Below are positions 1 to 11,872 of a stretch of DNA of 64,000 nucleotides, piece by piece (positions within the stretch are counted from its first letter, which is position 1; the number at the start of each line of letters is the position of its first letter). The DNA is from Harriotta raleighana. Taxonomy: Eukaryota. The DNA lies in contig JBNZDD010013730.1 of assembly GCA_050575255.1 (NCBI GenBank), positions 5,758,015-5,822,014 of the forward strand. Reading direction: 5' to 3'. Made by a program: the position numbers and the translations under genes. The notes beneath the pieces are model-generated. The model made no database searches. It was not told the origin of the DNA and worked only from the letters and a program-made list of their open reading frames with translations.

Positions 1-110
1 CCCACTCCCTAATATCTGTCCCATCATCACCTTGTCCAGTGTACTGGAATATCTTTTCATGTAAGCAGCTCACCCTTATCGATATAACTATTACTTTCAA
101 GTGAAGACTT

Positions 111-239
111 AATAGTAAAAATAATCCTTGCATTTCATACAGCGCTTTTCACGTCTGTTAGATTTCTCAAAGCACTTCACACAATATACTCTAAAGTGAA
201 GTGACTGTATATTTGTGGGTCAAAGGCGGCAGCCAATTG
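111..239 (-). mobile_element. 3' half of tRNA-derived SINE with L2-like tail
   Basis: Reverse complement matches the 3' part of the full copies at 30339 and 56935: caattggctgcc..cccacaaatatacagtca..gtgaag.gctttgaga..tgaaaagcgct.tat.aaatgcaaggattatt. Confidence 0.85.
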
Positions 240-626
240 ATCAAAAATGACTTGACCGATCTCTTCCGAAGTGTGAGGAGACTGATTTTAAACTTAAGGG
301 AATCAAAGGTGAAATGTGTGAATTACTTGAAAAATTGTACTTACTCTAATTATACGGAGCACTTTACCACCAGCTGGGGATGCTTTGGATAGATGACTGA
401 AATGTAATGATTTGCTGGCTGCAATAGCGTTTGGTTCTTACTTACTGCTTGTTTGTGAACTGGCATTCTGGTCCAACATGCTAAGATGGCTGTTAACCCA
501 TTTGATCTTTTATTGTGCATCTTTCAAAGAGAGGATTTCACAGATGGTGGATAATAGGACACACAAGTTTCTCGACACCATATGTCATTTTCCCAGTTAC
601 ATGCTACGATCTGTACTCCTGAACTG

Positions 627-868
627 CAACAGCAACAAAATTACACTTGTATCGTGTCTTTCATGTCGGGAGGTCGTCCCAAAGCGCTGAACAGTCAGAT
701 CGGGACCTGAGCGGGGGGGGTGGGTTGGGGGTAGGGAGAGGGGGAAGGAGAGGGGGGAGGGGGAAGAGTTGGTGGGAGCCGAAGGTGCGATCAAAGAGGA
801 AGATCTTGAGACTGGCCTTGAAGGAGGAAAGGGAGGAAGCAAGGTGGAGGGACAGCAGAGATGGAGAG
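627..868 (-). mobile_element. L2 LINE 3' end, 5'-truncated
   Basis: Minus frame LASSLSSFKASLKIFLFDRTFG is nearly identical to the copy at 55332-55824; C-rich 3'UTR, gcgctttggga..tgaaag stem region and degenerate (TTG)n tail. Confidence 0.9.
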
Positions 869-1134
869 TGTCGGGGACTAGTCTGCAGGACTAGTCTCTC
901 ATCAAACAACTCTTACGCTAGATGTAGCAATGCAACACAGCAATCTACTGTATTAATAACACCACTCGAGACAATAATCTTGACAGTCTCTGTTCAATGA
1001 ACAACATGCCAAAAAGCTCCAAACCATGTTAAATTAAAATCCATTCTGGGACACAGTGACAAATATACTATAATCATCATGAATATACCGCAAGGAGCAA
1101 GCGAGGAAAAAAAACTGTATTAATACTATTGGCC

Positions 1135-1290
1135 TCTCCAAGAAGAGTCAGTCGAGCGGAGGTACCGGGGTAGTGGATTGGGGAGTGACAAGGTCGGGGG
1201 GAGGTACCGGGGAGTGGAATGGATTTGAACACGAGTGTGAGGATCTTGAAGTCAATCCGTTCGATGATGGGGAAAGAGAGTGGAGCTGAC
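1135..1290 (-). mobile_element. L2 ORF2 fragment
   Basis: Minus frame FPIIERIDFKILTLVFKSI resembles LPIPQRINFKILVLTFKAI in the other L2 copies. Confidence 0.7.
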
Positions 1291-4014
1291 CAGTACTGGT
1301 GAGTTGTATTACACAAAGCTGACCATATCTTGCAAATGTTTATCCTTTCTTTTTTTTAAAAAAAAACTAGTGTAACATGTAAGGCCCAGGGATCAATTTC
1401 AGCTATTAAAGGTCATGAAGAATGGCCCATTAATATCTTTGCCCTCTGACAAATGACTACACTTGTGTTCAGTTACAGAATATATTAAATGGACAGAGAT
1501 GCAATATTATTATCACCTTGTTGACTACTTGTATAAATTGATTAATCAGGCTATGCCCTGCAGATTAACATATTATTCTGACTGATTGCAGATGAAGAGT
1601 TTGTAGAACAGAGCTAAAATGCACAGCTCTTTAATAGTAACAATATTAACATTAGGTCAGGGCCTATTGAAAATACACTACCCAATACACTTCTCATACA
1701 ATCTTTTCAATCAAGGAGACAGGACCCAAACTGCAGAATGAGAAATGCTTATTAGTATTAGAATATGTTGCAAATCTTTTTAAATCATTGCAATAACCAT
1801 CCTGAAATGGACAAAGCTCAATTGACTTCACCCGTCTGAAGACTACAATGACATCTGTGTACTGGAGCTCGAGATGTGAGCAACTTTGATTAAAACAAAA
1901 CATCCTCTGCCGTAGGATATATTACTGGAGTAGGTCAGGGAACTCATTCAAGGAAAAGCATAAATGGGATCAGACTTTATTTTAAAAGTAAATTTACCGG
2001 CAGAAAACGAACATCTGTATAACTTTATACATTTGTATGTTTTCTCCATTTTGCCTGAAAGATTGGAAATTGATTTTTACTTTTTCTGATTTTCACTGTA
2101 TGATTTTGGTGATTGTATTTAATTGAATTTTTTTCTATTCAATTTTTTTCCCCCTGCTTTTATCAATAATCTGAATGACATTGTCAGCACTTGAGAGGAC
2201 ACTGAACAGGCACAAATTGACAAATCCTTGTAATAATTTATGGGGCAAACTTGGCTCAGTCAACTGGCTCAGTCCCCTCACCAGTGGACTCCTCTCCCTT
2301 CCCCTCAGAATCAGGAGTCTATGTACTGTGTTTATCGGACACCTGTTAAGATTGGATTGGACGACAGAAATAAATCACAGACTGCCCACCTCCCTCAGGC
2401 ATCCTGTGTTCCCTCAGTAAAAGCCTGTGTTTGTGAGTGACGCTCGCTATAAGGTCATGTTGTTAGGCCCATTCCTCCCATCCTCTCACCCCATTACATG
2501 CTGTTTCTGAAACTCCAACTGTGTTTCAATTTATGCTTTTTCTATCGATGAAACTGGATTTGCGGTACAACATCACGGCCAACAATGAACTTTGTTGAAT
2601 CAAGGCGAGATTCATTATCTGCATCAAAAGTAGGAACAAAATGCTAACCGTTAGATTAACTATAATTTCAGGACATTTATACTAGATTTAGTGTGAACCA
2701 AATAAGCGTTTGGAGTTACTGAGATATTAGGTTTTATTTCCAGAAAGCAAATCAGTGGGACAGAATGATTAGGCATTCAGTACTGTATTTATTTTCAAAC
2801 CAAACCTGTCTGATTTTAGGAAGGAACTTACTGAGTTAGATAAGAAGTCCAAAACAGACTGCAGAATCTGTACCACATTGTTAAATTGACAAGTTACAGT
2901 TGGATTGACAAACAATTCTCAGCATGCCCTCTTCTAACAAGCACCCACTCTCACTTATTAAAGTTGGGCAAACCTTTCTTCACTTTTACTGAGGTGACAA
3001 TCCAGTGCTCCTAAAGAGACAGGAACATAAATCTCTTGCTAGTCAGAAAACCAGTGTGAATGAAAAAAGAAGAGCAACATTATACTTTTTATTTAATTTA
3101 GAAGACATTGGCAAAGGATAAAACCTATGTGGTTCACTGATTTGTCCAGTAGGTATAAAGAAGTCAAGAATATTAATCTGCTTAATGATCGGTAACAGAA
3201 AATCTGTACAGACTGCAAACTGAAATGGAAATGTCTTATTTAAAGGATCACAGGACTACCTTTGCATTTAACATTTTCCCAGAAAAGCATCTGTTTGCAT
3301 CTCAATAGTGATGGCAAAAGCTAATCTTCAATAATGAAGAAGAAAGCTACAAAAAACAACAAAAATCCATCCAGCCTATAATTGATTCCAGATAAAAAGT
3401 ACCTGATTCTAAGCTAATTCTAATCAAAGCCCTGAATTCCAACTACATTAAATCACATTTCATTCCCTTCAGCAGATAGAAATCCTGAGCCAGGCAAAAT
3501 GCTTAAATGTATAATTCAGAACTGAAACACTTTCCCAATTACTTGTGTTTGAATTCCTTAGTACACTGAATATATGTGTAGGGCATGACAAGTTATCTTT
3601 CACAGTCTAACAAAAGACCATTTTCTATAATGGAGTGTTAACATAGATTCCATTGTAAAGTATGAGCAATTAAATGGGTTTAGCTACAAATGCGACTAAT
3701 AGGTCATCTTTTTAATAAAGTAGTCTTTTGAAATCTTGACCCAAGAATAGTCTTGATCTAAGCTTCACATATCCCAGCAAACAAGCCACCCATTATTAGA
3801 ATGGAACTCAATGTAAGCAAAACTATTGAAAGGAAAATTTGAAGTCTGTTATATATATTCAAATAGCAAGGTGCCATAAGAGTATCATTCTCCTAAATAG
3901 TGGAACATATTTTTGAGTAAAAGGTCATTTTTAAGTTGTTGGCTGGGATCGTTTCCCACCCCTCCCTTCTGCCTCCCACTACAGACATAAACATTCTTTG
4001 GGAGGATACTTCCA

Positions 4015-4113
4015 CAGGCTCATATTGGGAGCCTTGACAATGAGTGTTGGCAGATTATTTGTCTGCGGGGCAAGTCCAAGCTGAGCCTGATCCATTCATT
4101 ACCAGGTATCTAC
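4015..4113 (-). mobile_element. Fragment of old SINE-like family B (3' region)
   Basis: Reverse complement ggatcaggctcagc..aataatctgccaacactcattgtcaaggctc; similar segments near 12080-12170 and 25130-25190. Confidence 0.45.
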
Positions 4114-4153
4114 ACAAACAAATAAATATAATTTCCAACACAGGTTTCTGGAT

Positions 4154-4267
4154 AATCAATCAATCAATCAATCAAAATTTTATTTATATAGCGCCTTTCA
4201 CATCGGGAGGACGTCCCAAGGCGCTGTACAATCAAGTAGGGTGGGAGGGCTCAGGGAAAGGAAGAGG
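4154..4267 (-). mobile_element. L2 3' tail, subfamily with (TTGA)n tail
   Basis: Reverse complement cagcgccttgggacgtcctcccgatgtgaaaggcgctatataaataaaatt followed by a TTGA microsatellite. Confidence 0.85.
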
Positions 4268-4380
4268 AAAAATTGACTGTATATTTGTGGGCGAAATATA
4301 CTATATAATATAATATAATATAATAATCCAAGATCAGAAAACTGAGCTGACAATTCCACCCCCTCCCCAATCTCTAATAA

Positions 4381-4516
4381 CACAGCACTCTGATGATACA
4401 TTGCTCTACCCAAAGCACACTGGAATATCACCCTAGACTCCGAATGCAAGTTCTAACATGAGACTCGAAAACACAGCCTTCTGACCAGAAAACAAATAAC
4501 CGAGCCAAACTAACAT
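4381..4516 (-). mobile_element. Deu-domain SINE 5' fragment
   Basis: Reverse complement tgttagtttggctcgg..tcagaaggctgtg..ttccagtgtg matches the heads of the copies at 5091 and 47463. Confidence 0.55.
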
Positions 4517-4577
4517 GGTTGTAACCTTCGCAAGCTGAGTTGTAATTCAGTGAACTATCACATCCTCACCTAGCTTG

Positions 4578-4708
4578 AGTGGAGATCTGCCAACTGACCA
4601 CAGCCCAGTGAGAGAACTTGGGCTGATGTGGTCCATTTGGTCGCTACNAGTGGAGATCTGCCAACTGACCACAGCCCAGTGAGAGAACTTGGGCTGATTT
4701 GGTCGCTA
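4578..4708. other. Assembly overlap duplication around single n (4648)
   Basis: About 60-70 bp repeated immediately either side of n, differing by a ~9-10 bp indel. Confidence 0.85.
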
Positions 4709-5143
4709 GTCAGAATTATATTTTACTTTTGTCTACTTCTAGTAGGGACATACTGAATACAGTATGTCTTTTTGTATATATTCACCTTTTTTAGTTTTGA
4801 TCTTATTGTAGTTGTGTTAAATTGAGTTTATTTTAATTTTAAAATATTGACCCCTAAATAAATCAAATGATTTTTGTGCAGTGGAATAAATTATTCCTAG
4901 AAGAAGCAAACGTATACCAGGCCAGTGACATCAGTCATAGCATATCTGTGAATAGTGGTCAACACATATCCAAATCAGTTCAGATTCATATCGCCAATAG
5001 AATGTAGATTGAGTTTCTAAATCAGGTAGCAAGTGCATACTGGGATGAATGATTTCACATTATTACTGTACAAGAAATAAGTAAAATAGGTGTCAGCCTG
5101 GCTCAGTTGCTAACATTCTCGAGTCAGAAGGTTTGGGATTCAA

Positions 5144-5201
5144 TGCAATACAACTTTACATTTATAGAGTGCCTTTCACATCAGGAGGACATCCCAAAGT
5201 G
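5144..5201 (-). mobile_element. Micro L2 tail insertion
   Basis: L2 terminal ~60 bp flanked by ttcaa (5139-5143 and 5202-5206). Confidence 0.75.
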
Positions 5202-5413
5202 TTCAAACTGCATTTGGGTACTTTAAAATCAAATAGGCTAAGATAACACTCCAATGCAGTGCTGGGGGTGCTGCATTTCAGAGAAACCATCTTTCAGATG
5301 AGACAATAAACCAAGGACTTGTAGGCCTTTTCAGGTGGAAATTAAAGATCCCTTAACTTTTTGGGTCATTCATTTCTTGGCCGTTTGTGGGACGTTGCAG
5401 TTTGCAATGTAAA

Positions 5414-5491
5414 CGTGGTTCCCTGACTATCCAGCACATGGGGATGTTCTCCTGACATGAAAGGTGCTATACAAATGTAGTTGTTCGTTGT
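5414..5491 (+). mobile_element. Micro L2 tail insertion
   Basis: gggatgttctcctgacatgaaaggtgctatacaaatgtag with TTG-like tail, flanked by tgtaaa (5408-5413 and 5492-5497). Confidence 0.75.
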
Positions 5492-6822
5492 TGTAAATTT
5501 CGTGAAGCACTTTGAGACAGTCTCCTGAGTGAAAGATGAATCAAATACAAGAATCATTTAAACGTATGAAGGCAATCAGACTGATTTCCTATTTGCTGTA
5601 CTCATGTAAACCTTTCATGGATGTAAAGCTTCGGTTCCACACAAGCTTCATACTAAATATATTCCGTGCACTTGTATTCCAAACTAATGAGTTGTTACTG
5701 TAGCCTGGCTTCAATTTGGTGGTGTTTTAATACATTTAGAAGAACATCCTGCTGTGAGAAATTCGGACCGTGTTAATTTGGGTGTATCAATGGGGAAGAG
5801 AGCTTAGATTAAATTCATTTCATTAAACTCTCAAGTACAAAGCATCTAAGCTGTAAGTATTTATAAAAGGAGAAGTGGCCCAAATTAAATCCCGCTGTTA
5901 AAGAAATGTTTAAATTTGCCTGCATCAGACTGGCTTGGACCAATTTTAGCTTGGACCAATTTTTTGGGAAGGTTTTGACTGCCCTGATAGAGGAAGTTGA
6001 GGATATTTGTCTGTACTGTATTCACTTCTATTTTTATGTTTTTTCTCACTGAGCTCATGGGCAAAGCAAAGTAAATCAGAAACTCGGCTGCAATGATGGC
6101 TTAGAAGAAGAACATTAAGATGTGGAGATGAAATAGGACAAGGTGGGGAAGGCGGGTGGGGGGGCGTGGAAATGCATGTTTGATAGGGGGAGGCAGAGAG
6201 AGAGAGAGAGAAGTGGTAAGAAAGTTGAGAGATAGAAGGATTTCATGAGAATTGCTGTGTTTATGCTATATCCACTACAGAGATCAGATTCAGTCGGAAT
6301 CAGTATGTCCCTGCCTCAACTCAATCTCTCAGGGTTTATACTGAGAGCTGCCTCGAAAAAAGTCAATTCACCAAGTGAGATTAAATTACCAGCTCAACAG
6401 ATGCAGGAATTTTCTATTCTAGCAAAAAAAGTGGACGATTTGCATCATGTTTATATCAGGTTCACAGCTCAGACCAACCCAGAGGCCAAAACAGAGGAGT
6501 TTTTTTTTATTCCAAACTGATTGGAATAAATAAACGTAATTCCAGCTACATTTGGTCACAAATTGGAATTCCATTGGAAACTTGCTGCTCAAGGGAAAGA
6601 GAGAAAGGAAGGCAACAGAGGCCAGACTGCGGTGAAAGCTCAGGCCAAGGAGAGAGCTGGAGCGTACACTGTGCGTAAGGGAGAAGAGTGGTCCATGCTG
6701 TGAGAGAGAATGAGAGAAGACAAAGAAAGAAAATAAGAAATAGCTGAGATTGAAAGCTCCAGGGAAAGCTGTGATATGTATGCACATGCGATTGAGCGAG
6801 TGTGAATTAGAGAGGGAATGAT

Positions 6823-6951
6823 ACTGTGAGGCAGGCCAACTAATAACCGCACATTCACAAAAGTTTTATTTTTTTTAAAAATGNACTGTGAGGCAGGCCA
6901 ACTAATAACCGCACATTCACAAAAGTTTTATTTTAAAAAAAATAAAAAATG
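6823..6951. other. Assembly overlap duplication around single n (6884)
   Basis: actgtgaggcaggccaactaataaccgc.. repeated either side of n; copies differ only in the T/A homopolymer. Confidence 0.85.
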
Positions 6952-7112
6952 TCAGTTCCTGCAAAATCAAAGTCTTCCTGCATATTCGACATATGTTTTT
7001 GGACAATAAAATAAATTTTGAAGCACATTTAGGTCGATTATTTGGGCTGATTACACACGAAAGATGGTCCAGGTGAAATGCTAATTGCACAATGTTTCGC
7101 TCTTCTTCCTCC

Positions 7113-7137
7113 ACTCACACACACACACACACACACA
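7113..7137. repeat. (CA)n microsatellite
   Basis: Seen directly. Confidence 0.9.
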
Positions 7138-8074
7138 CTGATGCCTGGAAAGGTTCTCAATTCTCTGGGTGTAAGGGCTACAATCACTGAATTCATAGCT
7201 GAATGCTTCCCCGTCTCAAAAGTAAGCCACAGTTCCAATTCAAAGAAGTACAAGAAAGGAGAAAGAAAGTAATCAGAAGCAGTTTGGCTGTGCACACTGC
7301 CAGCAACGCTGACCTTAAAACCATAAACTGCTTCCTCCCTGTAAAACTCACTACCTCCCAAACCACAATTTGTTTGCCTCCTCACATCTTGTTGCCTCAA
7401 AGCTGTACATCAGCTGTCTTGCTCAATCACTGAATCTAAACCTTTCTGAAGCCACATTTGGTCTGTTGCAGAAGTGAGAAAATTGGTGGAAAATGCTTCA
7501 CAGCTAGAGTTCAATGAGTGCGTGTTGTCTGACAGAAGCTTGCAACTAATGGCTGCTGTTAGATTCCACTTTGAATGTGAACTGCAGGGGGTCGCCAGCC
7601 CAACATCTCTCAAATAAATTACCTTTATTCTTAAAGGCCATTCTCCTTTGAGGTCTGCACTACGAATCACCACAAGCTACTTCTGAACATTCATCATTCA
7701 TAGTTTAAAAATGGCAATTATTTCCCCAATAACCATTTTAGGCACATCATGGCATGTTCTATATTTTACAGACAATATTAAAAGACCGAAGTACAAAATT
7801 GGATTTGGAATGAATCTGGCCAAAATGTACATTAAGTGTGACATTTAATATTTCAGAAATCTGAATTCAATTAATCTGAGCATTTCTTGCAGAAGCCACA
7901 GTATTATGTGCACATTCCTGCCATATTTAGATTCTGGGAGAGTATTTACCTTGCAATACTGTTTACTTTAACAATTTACTTTCACTGAATTGCTCACTGG
8001 GCACACCTGATGGCAGAATTGGTACAGAGAGATTCAGTTTGTGTCAATATTATTATAATGTATAGTATTAAATC

Positions 8075-8410
8075 ATAATAATAATCCTGGCATTTGATAT
8101 AGCGCCTCATTATGTCTTCAAAGCATCTCAAAGTGCTTCATAGAATATACTGTAAAGTGAATTGACTGTATATTTTGTGGGAGAAATACAGCAGCCAATT
8201 GCACACAGCAGTATCCCACAAAAAGTGACCAAATGATTACTTTTTTTGAAAAGGGGATTATTACCAGAAAAGCGATCTTTCAATTGACTAACAGCCAGGT
8301 TCACACTTACAACACAGTAAACATAGGCTTGTGGAGTAAAGAAACCTGCCCAAAGCTTTGCTCTGCCTAGGAATCGAAGCAAGGAGAGTGCTCTAACCAC
8401 TAAGGACTTT
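8075..8410 (-). mobile_element. Near full-length tRNA-derived SINE, longer internal variant
   Basis: Reverse complement head agtccttagtggttagagcac..ttcgattcc..tttgggcaggtttctttactccac and the same tail as the 30339 copy, with ~60 bp of extra internal sequence. Confidence 0.8.
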
Positions 8411-8424
8411 ATAATGATCATAAA

Positions 8425-8493
8425 ATACAATGCAAATGTAAATTTATTTAGTGGTTTTCACATTGCGAGGATGTCCCAAGGTGCTGGACAGTA
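8425..8493 (-). mobile_element. Micro L2 tail, degraded
   Basis: ttttcacattgcgaggatgtcccaaggtgctggacag matches the L2 terminal stem region. Confidence 0.6.
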
Positions 8494-8995
8494 TAGAGCT
8501 TGCACCAAAACTGAGGTTGTTCGCAGAGATTTAAAGCAAATAATCTAAGATGCATTTACCATCGTCTGAACAGCTAGAAGTCTCCACAGGTGATCCACAA
8601 GGGTAACTGGAATAGATTTTTAATTTTAGGAGGAATGACATGAGGGTAACTGTGAAACGACAGATATATCATGGCATTGATCCTAGCTTTTGGTGAGAGC
8701 ACAGAACAATTTGGCAAGTTAATATTTGGCAAGTTACACATTTTTCATAGCATGATTCAGCAAGCCAGGTTCAACCTAATGTTGTTCCAATTATAATCTA
8801 ATAGAAAACCACCATGCTTATTATATCACTGGGCTTTCTTTCAATGATGATTTGATTGTAGTGGCGAGTTAACTTTGCAATAGATAAGTTCATTAACAAT
8901 GAATGAGATAGCATTCTTCAGCCGGTCGAAGAAGACGGGAAGCAGAGTGGGACACAGAAACAAGAGTGGAAGAAATCATGTTTCTCTGAGACCCT

Positions 8996-9046
8996 TGCAC
9001 GGGCATTCTGAAATGTGAAGCGCTATATCAAATGCCAGGATTATTT
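8996..9046 (+). mobile_element. SINE tail fragment
   Basis: tgtgaagcgctatatcaaatgccaggattatt. Confidence 0.6.
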
Positions 9047-9298
9047 TTTCCTATGCCTATGTATTAGTGGGTAGCAGCTCACCAGAGAACACACGTGAGG
9101 TCTGACTGCTATTTGAAGGCTGCAGAAATGTCAAGTTACACTCTGCTGGCCATCGAAACGGCTGAAGAAAATGAGTTTGAAAGAAATTTGCGCTAAGCCC
9201 AATATAGGTGAGCAGACAGCATGAGAAAGAGTGCAAATATATCCAATTCGTATTCACAGATTCTGAGACATTTAATTCACGTGACTTTCAAGTATCCC

Positions 9299-9785
9299 AA
9301 AAAGAAGAATCAATCTCCACCCTACTCCCCCCCCCTCCCCACAAGAGTATAATCAATGTAGGGCACCGTGACATTTGAGATCTGTCAACAATTGTGCTTA
9401 AATGATTGCTAATTCCACAGATCAAAAATGAAATGATATTTACAAAATGCGAATGAAAGCCACTATAAGTGACAAAGAGCTTTCAAATGGCGCCTTCGAT
9501 CTCTCTATGGGGAGCTTGATTCAATCTCGGCCTTCTGGAAGGNAAAAGAAGAATCAATCTCCACCCTACTCCCCCCCCCTCCCCACAAGAGTATAATCAA
9601 TGTAGGGCACCGTGACATTTGAGATCTGTCAACAATTGTGCTTAAATGATTGCTAATTCCACAGATCAAAAATGAAATGATATTTACAAAATGCGAATGA
9701 AAGCCACTATAAGTGACAAAGAGCTTTCAAATGGTGCCTTCGATCTCTCTATGGGGAGCTTGATTCAATCTTGGCCTTCTGGAAG
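9299..9785. other. Assembly overlap duplication around single n (9543)
   Basis: About 240 bp duplicated with only a few substitutions (ggcgcc/ggtgcc, ctcggc/cttggc). Confidence 0.85.
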
Positions 9786-10550
9786 ATTTGACAGTAGCAA
9801 ATATCAAATCAAACAGTGGTGGATGGCACTTCAGAAGGCGACTGTTTCCTGTTGCACCAGCCACAGATTCAGCCCCAATTTGACTGTTGAAACCTTTTTT
9901 TAAAAANAAAATCAGTGTAGCTTTTACTCTTTTTTAAAAAAAGCAACCAGCTACTACGAAGCATTCAAATTGGATTTCAGATCCTGCTTACAGCAGAATT
10001 TCAAATAGGCTCAAGTCAGAATAGTTCAGATTTAGGTCAGTCTTCAGATTTGGTGCACTTATCTTGCAATCAGCCTTCTCTAACACTGAACAGAAAATTA
10101 TGGGACATGATTGAAGACAAAGAAAATAAACAGATATAAACAGTATAACGGGACCCTTTTCTGTTCAGACCTGTTGTTACTCATTCCACTCAAAGGAGAT
10201 GACTTCCTCCAACAGTATCACATAACATTTTAGTAATGATTGATTTGAGAACACACTGCACTTTCTTTATTCATTACAGTTTTACTCGAGCAATTCCTAT
10301 TGCAGTCTTGAGAAACTTGCATTATTGTGTTTAAGAACGGGGTGGGGAAGACGAGAAGCAGGGAAAGTGGCATTTTGGCAACAGGCAGATGTAGTCTAGG
10401 CATGTTACTATGCCAGCAGCATCCCCACATTGAGCGGTGTTGTGTTAGTTATCACCCCTGTGCAAGATAGCACTTTCTGTACAGAAATCAAAAGCCTTCA
10501 GCGTGAGAATGTAACCGCAGGATGCTTGAAAGCTGACACTCTCCTTCCCC

Positions 10551-11341
10551 CACAATATAGAGGCCATAACTCAACACCTTCATTTGATTTTCTGTTAGAA
10601 AATCAACTACCTTATAATGTGTAGATTAACGCTAACCAGAGTTCGAAGAGAGGGGGAGGGCGGAAATCAACAGGATTATCATCAAACTACTGCTTGCTTC
10701 CAATTTCTCCACAGACAGGCTTCTGTATCCTCTCAGCAATTTGCTGCCAGAGGTGTTGGATTCCAGGCAGACATAAATAGAATGAGTGGCAGCTGAACTC
10801 TTATCTACTTCTCGTCAGCCAGCAACAGGCGGACAGGACAGTGTGAGGATGGTGGGTTTGAGCGATGACATGCTTCACATTAGTGAACTCTGAAGCCTAA
10901 ATTGCTCCAAGACATGACGTGTTACCTTGGGGTTATTATGGATTGATAAGGAGACCCCAAACTGCCAAGAGTCACAGTACAAAATCAACAGCGATGTGAA
11001 TTTTAAATGTTTACTTTACTAAGAAAAAAAATCCATCAACCCCCTGCAAGACATGAACTATGCTATTAAACTAAATTGGTTTGTAACTACTTTGGATTTT
11101 TAACCATCGGCAGCCGTTCTTCCCACTAAAATTACCTAACCTCAGGAATCTTGCTCTTGCAAACCTCACATTGATCCCATTACTGTCTTGGACACAATGC
11201 AGAGGCCATATAACTGAACACATTCATTTAAGTTTACGTTAGAAATCAACTACCTTATAACATGTATGTTAATGCTAAAGAGTGTTTTTTTTTGGAGGGA
11301 GGAGAGGGAAATCAACTGGATTACTATCAAACTACTGCTTG
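10551..11341 (+). repeat. Diverged local direct duplication (10551-10696 and 11193-11341)
   Basis: Shared blocks agaggccata, gttagaa(a)atcaactaccttataa, ggaaatcaac.ggatta, atcaaactactgcttg; no n between the copies. Confidence 0.85.
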
Positions 11342-11363
11342 ATAATATGACACAGGACACAAT

Positions 11364-11616
11364 CAACAACAACAAAAAATGACGTTTGTAGAGTGCCTTT
11401 CATGTCGGGACGACATCCCAAGGCGCTAAGCAGTCAGGGTCCATACCCGAGCATACTGAAGGGGGACAGGTGTGGGGGGGGAGCTGGCGGGAGCAAGTGG
11501 GGGGGGGGACAGGGTTGGGATGAGGGAGGGCAGAGAGATAGGAGGACAGATGAAGGCACGGTTGAAAAGGAGGGTCTTGAGTCGGGCCTTGAAGGAGACA
11601 AAGGCAACGGGTTTGT
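11364..11616 (-). mobile_element. L2 3' end
   Basis: (TTG)n tail, tail stem and minus frame SFKARLKTLLFNRAF. Confidence 0.85.
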
Positions 11617-11674
11617 GGGATGAAATCGAGAGGCTTGCTGCTGGCAGATAGAGATGAAGAATAATACCATTCAG

Positions 11675-11872
11675 CCATTCACATATTCCAGTAGAGGGGC
11701 ACTGGATGGACATCAGGAGAGTGGGAATTCTGGCTGGTTCAGGAATCCTGAAGCCAAGCCCCTCTTGCATTTCCAATTGAGCTGGAATTAGTTAACTGGG
11801 CATAGACCTAGAGCTTTGCTGCTTTCTGTGGTTCAGTTTCACATTGAACTGGCAATGGCTTCACTGACTGAC
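11675..11872 (-). mobile_element. Old SINE-like family B
   Basis: Shares gcatagaccta with 36834-36844; reverse complement cagccagaattcccactctcctg..atccagtg resembles the copy at 54770-54890. Confidence 0.5.

Larger units (their letters stand above)
5091..5560 (+). mobile_element. Deu-domain SINE carrying two nested L2 tail insertions
   Basis: tRNA-like head tgtcagcctggctcagttg; core ctttcagatgagacaataaaccaagg..caggtggaaattaaagatccc, like AmnSINE1/SacSINE1-type Deu domains; L2-like tail. Confidence 0.8.

Noticed and set aside
711-776. G-quadruplex-like G-run cluster
   Set aside because: It is the antisense of the C-rich L2 3'UTR and recurs in the other L2 copies.
873-900. Palindromic pair gactagtc-tgcag-gactagtc at an L2 5' junction
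   Set aside because: Short, single occurrence; compatible with junction repair or chance.
9299-9785. Tandem repeat, LTR pair or CRISPR-like repeats
   Set aside because: Two near-identical copies joined by a single n, like seven other cases; an assembly artefact. No repeat-spacer array exists in the window.
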